Source: a virus
Lineage: Duplodnaviria; Heunggongvirae; Uroviricota; Caudoviricetes
Length of the DNA: 33,279 nt
Strand: one strand, 5' to 3'
IMG/VR virus record: IMGVR_UViG_2718217713_000004
Coordinates: 1-33,279 of that record
The notes beneath the pieces were generated by a model. The model made no database searches and was not told the origin of the DNA. It saw only the letters and a program-made list of their open reading frames with translations. The translations under genes and the position numbers were made by a program. Shown piece by piece: positions 8,841 through 17,179 of the stretch (position 1 is the stretch's first letter; the number at the start of each line of letters is the position of its first letter).

Positions 8841-9272
8841 ATGAAAACAAGATACTTTTATGACGCCGTTGATAACGGATTTTATATTGAACCTGAAAGC
8901 AGGTTTATTCCTGAATCAGCTATTGAAATCAGTGTTAACCTCTACAACCAATTTGCTGGTATTGCCTGGCCTGAAGGTAAAATGCTTGGTGCAGATAGCA
9001 CTGGACTGCCCGCTTGGGTCGATGCGCCGCCTCCAACGCATGAAGAGCTTATTGAAATTACTCAATCAGAAAGACAGCTACTAATTAACCAGGCCAACGA
9101 ATACATGAACAGTAAACAATGGCCCGGTAAAGCCGCTATTGGTCGTCTGAAAGGTGACGAACTGGCGCAATATAATTTGTGGCTGGATTATCTGGACGCA
9201 CTGGAACTGGTTGATACTTCCGGTGCGCCAGATATTGAATGGCCTACGCCTCCGGCAGTTCAGGCCAGATGA
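8841..9272 (+). CDS. Alternative tail-fibre assembly chaperone (Tfa', 143 aa)
   Basis: Conserved Tfa C-terminus ...LWLDYLDALELVDTSGAPDIEWPTPP; 3' end convergent with and overlapping the minus-strand Tfa. Confidence 0.8.
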   Translation: MKTRYFYDAVDNGFYIEPESRFIPESAIEISVNLYNQFAGIAWPEGKMLGADSTGLPAWVDAPPPTHEELIEITQSERQLLINQANEYMNSKQWPGKAAIGRLKGDELAQYNLWLDYLDALELVDTSGAPDIEWPTPPAVQAR

Positions 9273-9846
9273 CATCCGGCGCGGTGCTGGTATCTGTTGC
9301 CGTCAACGCGTCAATATAATCCAGCGCAGCGTTAAGCCGGGTGGTTTCTGCCTGCGTCAGCTTCCGCCCGGCCTGCAATTTCAACTGAATCAGACTAATG
9401 GAAACCATTGCAGCATCAATCAGTGACTGACGCTGTGCTTCTGCCGCGTCTACTGCGGCGCTATGCTGTGCCTCGGTATCTGTCACCCATTTCTCACCAT
9501 CCCATTTATCGTATGGAGATAAAGGGGCGATAGTGGTTGTATTTTCAGGGTAATCACCCGGAGATGTGATTTCTTTTGATTCTCCTGTTTCGGTGCTATA
9601 GACGATTTCACCGCGATGGTCTGGCACATATTCCCATGAGTTAAAATCTGCAGAACGGCGGATAACATAACCCTCCCTATGTATACCAGGTGCATCCAGG
9701 CAGGAATATGCCGGGATACCAACACCAACGGCAAGATATTCACTTGAAGTGGAAATATATTCCCGAGTTTCACCATCATAGTTATAAACAGTAATATCCC
9801 CTGCCTTCGTAGCAATAAACTCGCTATTTAATACAGCGTTATCCAT
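9244..9846 (-). CDS. G: Tail-fibre assembly chaperone (gpG-like Tfa, 200 aa), currently in the expressed orientation
   Basis: C-terminus ...LNAALDYIDALTATDTSTAPDVIWPELP typical of Tfa/gpU(Mu)/gpG(P2) family; TAATG stop/start overlap with H. Confidence 0.85.
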   Translation of the reverse strand: MDNAVLNSEFIATKAGDITVYNYDGETREYISTSSEYLAVGVGIPAYSCLDAPGIHREGYVIRRSADFNSWEYVPDHRGEIVYSTETGESKEITSPGDYPENTTTIAPLSPYDKWDGEKWVTDTEAQHSAAVDAAEAQRQSLIDAAMVSISLIQLKLQAGRKLTQAETTRLNAALDYIDALTATDTSTAPDVIWPELPEA

Positions 9847-11153
9847 TATGCAGCCCTCACAATGTAGTTAAATGCAACGTTCACCGGGCGAGTTTCATTG
9901 GCGGTATTTGCCACCCTTGACATATCGAAATCAAATGTTGTGACACCATGCCCTCCACTACCTACGCCTGTAACCGCTGTTAATCCAGTAGTCAGATAGT
10001 TATTACCGTTATGACGAAATGGACCACTGGTAACTAAATCTTTAAAAAGCTGAATTTTCCCTATTGAACCAGTGACGTTTTGCATTGCATGCTCCTGTGA
10101 AGCCAATAGAATCCTTCCGGGGTCAATGCCTCTCCCGTCATCCCAGCCACGAATAAACTCACCGCGTAAATCAGGCAATTTATTTGTCGGGTAAGCCTTT
10201 GCCAGTTCCGGGTATTCTTCAGCAGAAAATGCCGCACCGTTGCATTTCAGCCAGCCTGTTGGCGGAGTGGCGGAAGGCCACGGAACAGGCACACCAACGG
10301 GTAATGCCGAACCTTCTCCCAAACCAAGGTATGCGAGAAGACCAGCTACATCCTTTCCACTCAAATGAGTCAGCGTCTCATCCAGTGGCTGCTTACCTGA
10401 CAGCGCATTGTTAATGGTGGTGCTGAATTTCGGGTCATTGTTAATGGCCGCGGCAATTTCTTTCAGTGTGTCCAGCGTGGCTGGCGCACCATTAATCAGA
10501 GCGGTAATAGCAGCCTGAACAAACGCAGTGGTCGCAATCCGCGTGGTGTTATTTCCTGCGGCAGGCGTCGGCGCTTTTGGTTCTCCGGTAAATGTCGGAT
10601 TATGTTTCTGCGCATACTGGGTATGAGGATCCTGTGCGGCAATGTGGTTTCTCATCTGGTCATCCACATACAGCCTTAATTCCAGGACTTCATCATCCAC
10701 GTATTTACGGGTCGCCAGTACCACCGACGGGTCGATTTTCAGCGTGATGGCTTCGGTATTCGTGACAACCAGAATCATGCGGATAGTCTGGGTACGACCA
10801 CTGCCTTCCTGCAACTGCGGTTTGTACGTTTCCGGGCAGTTCGCCACCGCAATGAGTACGCCTTCATCATCATAAAGCCCAATCTCACGGATCCAGAATC
10901 CGCCCTCGTTCTCAGGGATGATTTGCTCCGCAATAATCTGGCTCTGGTTGTTCGGGTCAACACTCAGAAGATTCAGCGGCGCGATGCGTTTCTGGTTAAT
11001 CAGTTTTGTCTGTGCCGGGTCTGGTGTCGGCAAGACACCATTCGCATCACCAACGGCCATTTGCGTCAGATTCAGCTTACTGCCGAGCATCGTCGCGTTA
11101 GCCAGCCGTGCAGCGCCCTGATTAGTCAGAATGGCGTAGTATTTCACTGTCAT
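9846..11153 (-). CDS. H: Tail-fibre protein gpH (435 aa): constant N-terminal part (about 10340..11153) fused to the currently expressed variable C-terminus (9846..10313)
   Basis: Fibre-like sequence with collar-type motif PVGVPVPWP...WLKCNGA; crossover site lies inside the gene at the LLAYLGLGE junction. Confidence 0.85.
   Translation of the reverse strand: MTVKYYAILTNQGAARLANATMLGSKLNLTQMAVGDANGVLPTPDPAQTKLINQKRIAPLNLLSVDPNNQSQIIAEQIIPENEGGFWIREIGLYDDEGVLIAVANCPETYKPQLQEGSGRTQTIRMILVVTNTEAITLKIDPSVVLATRKYVDDEVLELRLYVDDQMRNHIAAQDPHTQYAQKHNPTFTGEPKAPTPAAGNNTTRIATTAFVQAAITALINGAPATLDTLKEIAAAINNDPKFSTTINNALSGKQPLDETLTHLSGKDVAGLLAYLGLGEGSALPVGVPVPWPSATPPTGWLKCNGAAFSAEEYPELAKAYPTNKLPDLRGEFIRGWDDGRGIDPGRILLASQEHAMQNVTGSIGKIQLFKDLVTSGPFRHNGNNYLTTGLTAVTGVGSGGHGVTTFDFDMSRVANTANETRPVNVAFNYIVRAA
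10314..10339. repeat. Invertase crossover site, left copy (ttctcccaaacc-aa-ggtatgcgagaa), inverted relative to 8451..8476
   Basis: Fourteen bp (ttctcccaaaccaa) identical to the reverse complement of the right site; located inside H at the constant/variable boundary. Confidence 0.7.
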
Positions 11154-11761
11154 GCGTTTACTCTCAGGTTATCAATTAAATGAATGGCCGAGGCCGGGAA
11201 ATAATCCCCTCCGACAATAATGGCCTCCGGGGTGTAGGGATAAACCGTCAGGGCGTCGCCGTGATAGCATCCCGCACCGGCAAAAATGTTGCCGGTTGTA
11301 CTTAAACTGATAGCCAGTCCCGTCAGATGGCGGCTTGCCGGTTTTGCATCAGCAACGAGGCGCTCCAGCTCCTGATACATTTCCTCGGTAATACCCTGCT
11401 CAAGCACGCCAACAACGATACGGAACGTCCCCGGCTCCTCGTTGAATTGCCACCACTCCCTCACCTCAATCAGATAGCCGAGCGGCTCCACCACACGGCG
11501 AATCGCACCAATAGTGCCCTTATGGCAGTGAATGAAATACGCATCGCGGATAACAGCGCGTTTGGTCGCTTCCGGCCATTTATCATCCAACCTGTCAACC
11601 GAAAATGACCACGCCAGCCACGGCAGCAGATTTGCCGGACAGGTATCCGGGTTCCACAGCTCACGAATACTGACCGGCGTTTTTTCAATTTCCGCACAGG
11701 CTTTTGCGGCGGCGACTTCAAGCGGTGATGAGCCGGTCGGCAGCAGTCGCGAATCACTCAT
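11150..11761 (-). CDS. I: Baseplate assembly protein gpI
   Basis: Sequence and position match P2 gpI; overlaps the H start. Confidence 0.85.
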   Translation of the reverse strand: MSDSRLLPTGSSPLEVAAAKACAEIEKTPVSIRELWNPDTCPANLLPWLAWSFSVDRLDDKWPEATKRAVIRDAYFIHCHKGTIGAIRRVVEPLGYLIEVREWWQFNEEPGTFRIVVGVLEQGITEEMYQELERLVADAKPASRHLTGLAISLSTTGNIFAGAGCYHGDALTVYPYTPEAIIVGGDYFPASAIHLIDNLRVNA

Positions 11762-11762
11762 C

Positions 11763-12662
11763 CTAGCCTCCGGTCACGACGCGGTATTCAGTACAGAAAG
11801 ACGCCTGCGTACTGTTGAGCACGATGTCAGCCAGCGGTGCAGCCAGTTCGACACGCTGCACACCTTCCACATGCAAAGCGGCATAAATGGCAGACAGACG
11901 GATGTCGCGCCCCAGCCGGTGCTGTGCCGTGATATATGCTTCCAGTTTTTTCACGGCGGCAGCGCGGATGGGTTCTCTTTCGGGGCCAGGGTAAAGGTAA
12001 AGCGTGGCGTTTATCTGGTATTCAACAATGGCGGCAGACTGCACGGTCACACGGTCAGCCACCGGCCTGACGTCCTCACCATTAAGGGCGTTACGCACCA
12101 CAGCCAGCAGGTCTTCGGATGCGACACCGTTATTTTCACGTGACAGCACGGAGATGGTGACGCAGGCAGGAGACGGACTGGTAACAGAGATATCCGCGAC
12201 ACGCCCGTCAGCACTGCGACCATGATACTGATAGGCACCCACCGACCCGGCGACGCTTAAGCCCTCAAACGCCTGCTGAATACGCAGACGATAATCGGTG
12301 TCAGACTCCATCACTGCCGGTGTCGGCGGGAGGGTCGAATCATCTGCCGGGGTGATAATCAGGCGCGTGGTGTTGTAATTGGCACCAATCACATCAAGGT
12401 CATTACCGGCGGCACAGGCCAGCATTACCGCCCGTGCGGCCTCATTCACACGCTGACGCCAGATAAGCTCACGATAAGCATTTTCCTCCAGCAGTTTGAC
12501 GAGAGGCTCGGATTCCAGCGTCAGGGTACGGGCAACCGCCTCCTGCTGGTCTTCCGGGTAAAGGGAAATCAGTGTCGCCTTGCGTTCGGCAAGAATGGTT
12601 TCAAAGTCCAGCTCCTCGACCACATCCGGTGCGGGTAGCTGGTTCAGGTCGATAATCGGCAT
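11763..12662 (-). CDS. J: Baseplate wedge protein gpJ (299 aa)
   Basis: Sequence and position match P2 gpJ. Confidence 0.9.
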   Translation of the reverse strand: MPIIDLNQLPAPDVVEELDFETILAERKATLISLYPEDQQEAVARTLTLESEPLVKLLEENAYRELIWRQRVNEAARAVMLACAAGNDLDVIGANYNTTRLIITPADDSTLPPTPAVMESDTDYRLRIQQAFEGLSVAGSVGAYQYHGRSADGRVADISVTSPSPACVTISVLSRENNGVASEDLLAVVRNALNGEDVRPVADRVTVQSAAIVEYQINATLYLYPGPEREPIRAAAVKKLEAYITAQHRLGRDIRLSAIYAALHVEGVQRVELAAPLADIVLNSTQASFCTEYRVVTGG

Positions 12663-12666
12663 GGTT

Positions 12667-13014
12667 TCAACTCACAGGGATGGTTAACGAAAGTGGCTGG
12701 CCGGTATCGTTGTGCTGGCCGGTTAACGTGACCGTCATTCGCCCGTCAAAACTGCGCTCAGTGGTGACGGATGACAGGGTGACGCGGGGTTCCCATTTCA
12801 GCACCGCCATGTAACAGGCGACCTTAATCTGCAACTCAAGCGCCGGGGTCTGCGGCTGGTCAATCATTGACGCCAGCAACGAGCCGTAATCACGACGCAT
12901 CACCCGTGAGCCGACCGGTGTGCGCAGGATATCGCCGATACTCTGGCTGATATGCTCAAGGTCAGTGACCGTCAGGCCATCACTGCGATTCATTCCGAGA
13001 TAACGCGCTGTCAT
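12667..13014 (-). CDS. W: Baseplate protein gpW (115 aa, GPW/gp25 family)
   Basis: Length and sequence match P2 gpW. Confidence 0.9.
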   Translation of the reverse strand: MTARYLGMNRSDGLTVTDLEHISQSIGDILRTPVGSRVMRRDYGSLLASMIDQPQTPALELQIKVACYMAVLKWEPRVTLSSVTTERSFDGRMTVTLTGQHNDTGQPLSLTIPVS

Positions 13015-13646
13015 AGAGGACTCCCGGTTGTGCCGCCGCTGTCGCCGGGGTGTTTATGGGTATGCAGTACCTTACCGTTTGATGAGAGTTCACCGCCGGT
13101 GTGTTCAATGTTGCCGCGCATCGTCCCGCCCTTCTGCACTTCCAGCGTGCCGGTAATCAGCCTGTTGGTGCAGACCACCTCCGGTGTGTCCAGGGTGACG
13201 CGGGTTGATGCTTTCACCGTGACCACCGGCACCGTGGCAGTAACAGAATCAGAAGCCGTCACGCTGGCCGTTTTAATTCCGCTTACCGTGAGTGCACTGG
13301 TTTCCGGTTCATACTCAATCACCGCCCCGTCAGGGAAACGGATATGCAGGGCATCCGCCGACACAGACGGCGAGGGGTTATCGCCGGAATAAATCCCCGG
13401 CAGAACGAACGCCGTGTCGAGTTCACCACCCACGGCCAGAATCAGCACCTGTTCCCCCACGGAAGGTGCCCACCATGTGCGCGAACGTCCTGCGCGATGG
13501 GTCAGCCACTGAAGCCAGTCGGTGCACATGCCGCCGGTCTGCACACGGCAGCGACCGGCGTTAAGGTCGGTTTCGACGACAAGGCCGGTGCGAATCATGT
13601 TGCGCAGTGCGCGCGCGAGTTCCTGAATATTTGCGAGAGTGTTCAT
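13011..13646 (-). CDS. V: Baseplate spike protein gpV (211 aa)
   Basis: Length and sequence match P2 gpV. Confidence 0.9.
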   Translation of the reverse strand: MNTLANIQELARALRNMIRTGLVVETDLNAGRCRVQTGGMCTDWLQWLTHRAGRSRTWWAPSVGEQVLILAVGGELDTAFVLPGIYSGDNPSPSVSADALHIRFPDGAVIEYEPETSALTVSGIKTASVTASDSVTATVPVVTVKASTRVTLDTPEVVCTNRLITGTLEVQKGGTMRGNIEHTGGELSSNGKVLHTHKHPGDSGGTTGSPL

Positions 13647-13695
13647 AACGGGAAGGATGCCGCCGGGTCATACCGGCGGCAATGTGACGATGAGG

Positions 13696-13711
13696 TGTCA
13701 GGAATGGCACA
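13696..13711 (-). promoter_or_regulatory. Candidate Ogr-responsive late promoter element upstream of V (plus strand TGTCAGGAATGGCACA, a TGT-N10-ACA dyad)
   Basis: Dyad centred about 57 nt upstream of the V start codon in the S-V intergenic gap, where P2 has its V promoter. Confidence 0.45.
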
Positions 13712-13712
13712 A

Positions 13713-14165
13713 CTAACGGTCGAGGTGAGCCAGGATAATCTCTTCAATCATCTGCACATCCTCACTGGTAAAGCCGAGCAGAGGACGCGCCGGATAATCA
13801 ATTTTCTTACCGTCTTTCCGGTTTTCTTCCGACAGACCGAACTGATGCACGCTGGCGATTTTCGGTGACTTCCCGCCGTAAAACTCCATTGATGCCTGTT
13901 CCGGGCTGGCGCGGATATGCAAAAAACGACTGGTGATAAGTTTCGCAAACATTTTTCGCTTAACACGACCAGTCTTTTTTCTGGCGCTCTGCTGCTGGCG
14001 TGGCGCGTAGGGTGTGCCGTCCGGGGCTTTCTGAGCCATCACCCGACGCTGCTGACTCTGCCGCAGACGTTTCGCCAGTTCGGCGCTCAGTCGCCGACGC
14101 CCTGACGGTGACAGCGATTCAATCAGTCCGGTCAGCCGGTCTTCAAAACGCTTAAACTCATTCAT
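13713..14165 (-). CDS. S: Tail completion protein gpS (150 aa)
   Basis: Length and sequence match P2 gpS. Confidence 0.9.
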   Translation of the reverse strand: MNEFKRFEDRLTGLIESLSPSGRRRLSAELAKRLRQSQQRRVMAQKAPDGTPYAPRQQQSARKKTGRVKRKMFAKLITSRFLHIRASPEQASMEFYGGKSPKIASVHQFGLSEENRKDGKKIDYPARPLLGFTSEDVQMIEEIILAHLDR

Positions 14166-14625
14166 CCCACTTGCTCACCAGTTCGCCATTGATATAAAGC
14201 TCCACCGGGCGGGTGACCGGCTCCGGCGGCGTGGGTTCCGGGATATTCTTCACATGCAGTGCGCCGTCCACCTCACTGACCAGCGTGCGCTCGGTCAGCA
14301 TCAGGCTGATGCTGATATCAAAGCTGCTGTCATTGTTGATGTCTGCATAAAACGTGAAGCCCTTTTTCTGGCCTGCGTCGGTGGTCATGATGTCGGGCTG
14401 ATTTTCCCGCAGCCACGCCAGCACCGGCACGATGAGCAGGTCAAAATCACCGGTAAAGTCGGTCACAATCACATTGAGCGTGTAACGCTTTTCGAATGAC
14501 AGCGACGTCGCCAGTGTGGAGGCAATACTCCCGTTATCCACGAATATCCGCAGCATCTCGGGGCTGGTTTTCAGCACCGTGACGGCATCAGTCAGCGCCC
14601 TGCGCAGGCTGTCGGGTTTGAGCAT
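14158..14625 (-). CDS. R: Tail completion protein gpR (155 aa)
   Basis: Length and sequence match P2 gpR. Confidence 0.9.
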   Translation of the reverse strand: MLKPDSLRRALTDAVTVLKTSPEMLRIFVDNGSIASTLATSLSFEKRYTLNVIVTDFTGDFDLLIVPVLAWLRENQPDIMTTDAGQKKGFTFYADINNDSSFDISISLMLTERTLVSEVDGALHVKNIPEPTPPEPVTRPVELYINGELVSKWDE

Positions 14626-14878
14626 CGTTTTCGTCCTGACAGTGTTTAATCATTTTTACCTGGCTGGCACAGCGTGCCAGCGCGTTCTCAAGCTGCCGGA
14701 TATCGGCACTTAAATCGCCGTTTGTCTCCGGGTCACTGCCCGGCATCGGGCAAAGGCTCACTTTCGGGCAGGCGTTGGGGACAATCACTGGCGTCGGTGC
14801 AGGCCGGGCGCTGGTGCAACCGGCGCACAGCATCAGGCAGGCCAGCGCCGTACCAGCGGCGAAAATCTTCGTTTTCAT
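14588..14878 (-). CDS. lysC: LysC, outer-membrane lipoprotein spanin (Rz1-like o-spanin, 96 aa), largely embedded out of frame in lysB and running into R
   Basis: Signal peptide with lipobox LCAGC|T, Pro-rich mature part; nested in the +1 frame of lysB as in P2. Confidence 0.8.
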   Translation of the reverse strand: MKTKIFAAGTALACLMLCAGCTSARPAPTPVIVPNACPKVSLCPMPGSDPETNGDLSADIRQLENALARCASQVKMIKHCQDENDAQTRQPAQGAD

Positions 14879-15158
14879 TCAGTAACCTCGTGATGGTTTT
14901 CTCGCGCTGTGCTTCACGCTTCGCGGCATTCTCCAGTTCCTGACGCAGTGCCACCTGCGCCAGCTCGTTTTTGTCTGCTCTGGTGATGGCAACATGAAGC
15001 TGATTTTTCAGCATGGTGATGGTCGTCTGCTGTTCACTGGCGACGTTATTCGCCCTGTCCAGCGAGGCGCGCAGGCTGGCGTTTTCATGCTTCGCCAGAA
15101 ACAGACCGGCCACCGCCAGTGATAACAACACAACCAGCACAATCATCAGCTTTGACAT
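14733..15158 (-). CDS. lysB: LysB, inner-membrane spanin (Rz-like i-spanin, 141 aa)
   Basis: N-terminal transmembrane segment followed by coiled-coil region; length and position as P2 lysB. Confidence 0.85.
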   Translation of the reverse strand: MSKLMIVLVVLLSLAVAGLFLAKHENASLRASLDRANNVASEQQTTITMLKNQLHVAITRADKNELAQVALRQELENAAKREAQREKTITRLLNENEDFRRWYGAGLPDAVRRLHQRPACTDASDCPQRLPESEPLPDAGQ

Positions 15159-15571
15159 GGTTCCCGCCCCTCAAAACGCTGACGACAGGCCGTGCGTATC
15201 AACCGGAAGAACACCAACGCCACGAGGTAAATCAGCGCGGTAAAAATCCACCCGGCAGCGACCAGCGAGATAAACGTCGCCACCATCACCACCAGAGCCG
15301 CCGCCCGTCTGCGCCACGGCACCGGCTGCAAAAACAGCGACGCGACAATCTTCACGGCCAGCGATTCCGGCGGCAGCTCCCGCCCGTAGCGTTCCAGCAC
15401 ATACTCAGTGGCATACACGCCGACACCACCGGCAACCACACAGATAACCGTCGCCAGAATCGCCCAGGCGGCGACAAAATTGACGGCCACGCTCTGCGGG
15501 TAAATCAGGGACTGTGCCAGCATCAGCGCCAGCGACACGTTCAGCATCAGTGAAAGGGATAATTTCTTCAT
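15146..15571 (-). CDS. lysA: LysA, multi-pass membrane lysis-timing protein (141 aa)
   Basis: Hydrophobic, several predicted TM helices; length and position as P2 lysA. Confidence 0.85.
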   Translation of the reverse strand: MKKLSLSLMLNVSLALMLAQSLIYPQSVAVNFVAAWAILATVICVVAGGVGVYATEYVLERYGRELPPESLAVKIVASLFLQPVPWRRRAAALVVMVATFISLVAAGWIFTALIYLVALVFFRLIRTACRQRFEGREPCQS

Positions 15572-15585
15572 GGTGTTTACTCCGT

Positions 15586-16083
15586 TTAAGCCGGTACGCC
15601 TCCAGCGGTACGCCAGACGGTGACCAGTTTTTCCAGTGAATGCTCACGCTGACCGTAACCGGCACCCGGCAGGGACGCCCAGATATTGCGACAGCGTGAA
15701 ATGGCGCGCTCAATGCGTCCCGCCCGGATGTCATCCAGTGCACCGCGTTCGCGGATCAACTGAATGGCAAGTCTGTCCTGTGACAACGGACTGAAATCCG
15801 GCAGGGCAAGCTGTTTGCGGTAGTGCGGCCAGAACAGGTAAAGCTGCTGATAGCGACCGGAGGCCGTGGATTTTTCACCGCGACGGTTAAACACCTTCGC
15901 CGGTCGGCCATGCGCGAACGGGTGGTCACTGTAGTCAGTGAAAATTTCCGGCTTCCCGTCCAGTCCGGTGACTATCACGTCATAGCCCCGGTTTTTCGTC
16001 AGCGGATGATTCGCCGTCCCTTCGGACACGGCCAGCATGTCGAGAAAGGCCGCGATATTCTGATGCGTGTTAATAACCGGCAT
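15586..16083 (-). CDS. K: Endolysin gpK (165 aa)
   Basis: Length and sequence match P2 gpK; follows holin Y. Confidence 0.9.
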   Translation of the reverse strand: MPVINTHQNIAAFLDMLAVSEGTANHPLTKNRGYDVIVTGLDGKPEIFTDYSDHPFAHGRPAKVFNRRGEKSTASGRYQQLYLFWPHYRKQLALPDFSPLSQDRLAIQLIRERGALDDIRAGRIERAISRCRNIWASLPGAGYGQREHSLEKLVTVWRTAGGVPA

Positions 16084-16364
16084 TACGGTTTCCCCCTACC
16101 CTTAAAGCGGCGCTGAATGGCAATCTCAATCACCTGATAACCGGCGATACCCAGCATGGAGCCGATACCGCACACCGCAGGCAGTGACAGGTCAGGAAAC
16201 TGCACCAGAACAACACCGGCAACCATCGAGACAAAACCACCGAGCAACATGCGCCCGATAAACAGACGCGGGGTGATGGGTTCACCACCGGCAAGCACCT
16301 TGCCGACAACAATCAGCACCCCAATCATGAAAAGCGACAGGACGCTTTTTTCTTCTGCTGTCAT
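16083..16364 (-). CDS. Y: Holin gpY (93 aa)
   Basis: Small protein with transmembrane segments and charged C-terminus (RRFKGRGKP); length and position as P2 Y. Confidence 0.9.
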   Translation of the reverse strand: MTAEEKSVLSLFMIGVLIVVGKVLAGGEPITPRLFIGRMLLGGFVSMVAGVVLVQFPDLSLPAVCGIGSMLGIAGYQVIEIAIQRRFKGRGKP

Positions 16365-16367
16365 GCG

Positions 16368-16571
16368 TTACTCCCACAGATTGACAGTTTCAGCCACGGG
16401 CGCGGTCTGAACGTCGGGCAGTTCGACGGCGATGCCGTGTGGCAGCACCGCACCCAGTTCAGCCAGTCCCGGATTTGCGGCGAGCACGGTCTCAACCACG
16501 CCCTCAGTGCGCCCGTAATACCGGACACAAATGGCGTCGAGCGTGTCGCCCTGTAGCGCAAAGGTCTTCAT
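16368..16571 (-). CDS. X: Tail protein gpX (67 aa)
   Basis: MKTFALQGDTLDAICVRYYGRTEGVVETVLAANPGLAELGAVLPHG... matches P2 gpX; start taken at the internal ATG that overlaps the L stop (ATGA), not the ORF-track start at 16640. Confidence 0.85.
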   Translation of the reverse strand: MKTFALQGDTLDAICVRYYGRTEGVVETVLAANPGLAELGAVLPHGIAVELPDVQTAPVAETVNLWE

Positions 16572-17080
16572 CAGATTTGACTCACGATGCAGCGCGGCTT
16601 GTCCTGGATGCGCGCCACTGCCCAGCGCATATCCCGCCACAGCTCATCAATGGTGCTGTCAATGCTGTCGGCCTTCTTGTCGCCTTTCGCACTGGCATCC
16701 ACACCGCGATAACGTTCATAAAGCGACGCGGTCGCCATCGCACACACGGCGCGCTCGTAGTAAAAAACTTTGATGCTTTCACCGTCGATGTCGTCCGCCG
16801 GGACGTCCGCCAGACGCGTAAAACCGGCGGCAATTTTCTGTTCGCGGTACTCGTACAGCTCCGCATTCGTCTCCGCCATGCCTGACTTGATGGCCTCACG
16901 CAGACGGGCGGGGGCGACGGTCTGCTCAAGGCGCATACGTTCCCGGACGCGCTTCGGGTCGATATCGGGAAAAAAGAACGTGTTTTTAATCACCGGCTCG
17001 TCGCCTGCCGGTTGCGGGATGACCACCGTACCCTCACCAGACACGGGAGCCTCCTTTCGCGGAATAATCAGCGTCATCAT
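16571..17080 (-). CDS. L: Head completion/stabilisation protein gpL
   Basis: Sequence from MMTLIIPRKEAPVSGEG... matches P2 gpL; internal Met start chosen over the upstream ORF-track start at 17140. Confidence 0.8.
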   Translation of the reverse strand: MMTLIIPRKEAPVSGEGTVVIPQPAGDEPVIKNTFFFPDIDPKRVRERMRLEQTVAPARLREAIKSGMAETNAELYEYREQKIAAGFTRLADVPADDIDGESIKVFYYERAVCAMATASLYERYRGVDASAKGDKKADSIDSTIDELWRDMRWAVARIQDKPRCIVSQI

Positions 17081-17179
17081 GACTACCTCTGAAAAGTCGG
17101 GCGGTGGACGCCGGTGCAGTGTCAGGTGATTCACCCTCACTGACCGGCGTGCCGCCCTGGCGCGGGGCGCATTCGGTTG

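Larger units (their letters stand above)
8451..10339. other. Invertible tail-fibre host-range segment (G-segment / C-segment analogue) bounded by inverted crossover sites
   Basis: Inverted 26-bp sites at 8451..8476 and 10314..10339; contents are fibre C-terminus (Sv) plus Tfa on the minus strand and Sv' plus Tfa' on the plus strand; invertase gene immediately outside. Confidence 0.75.
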
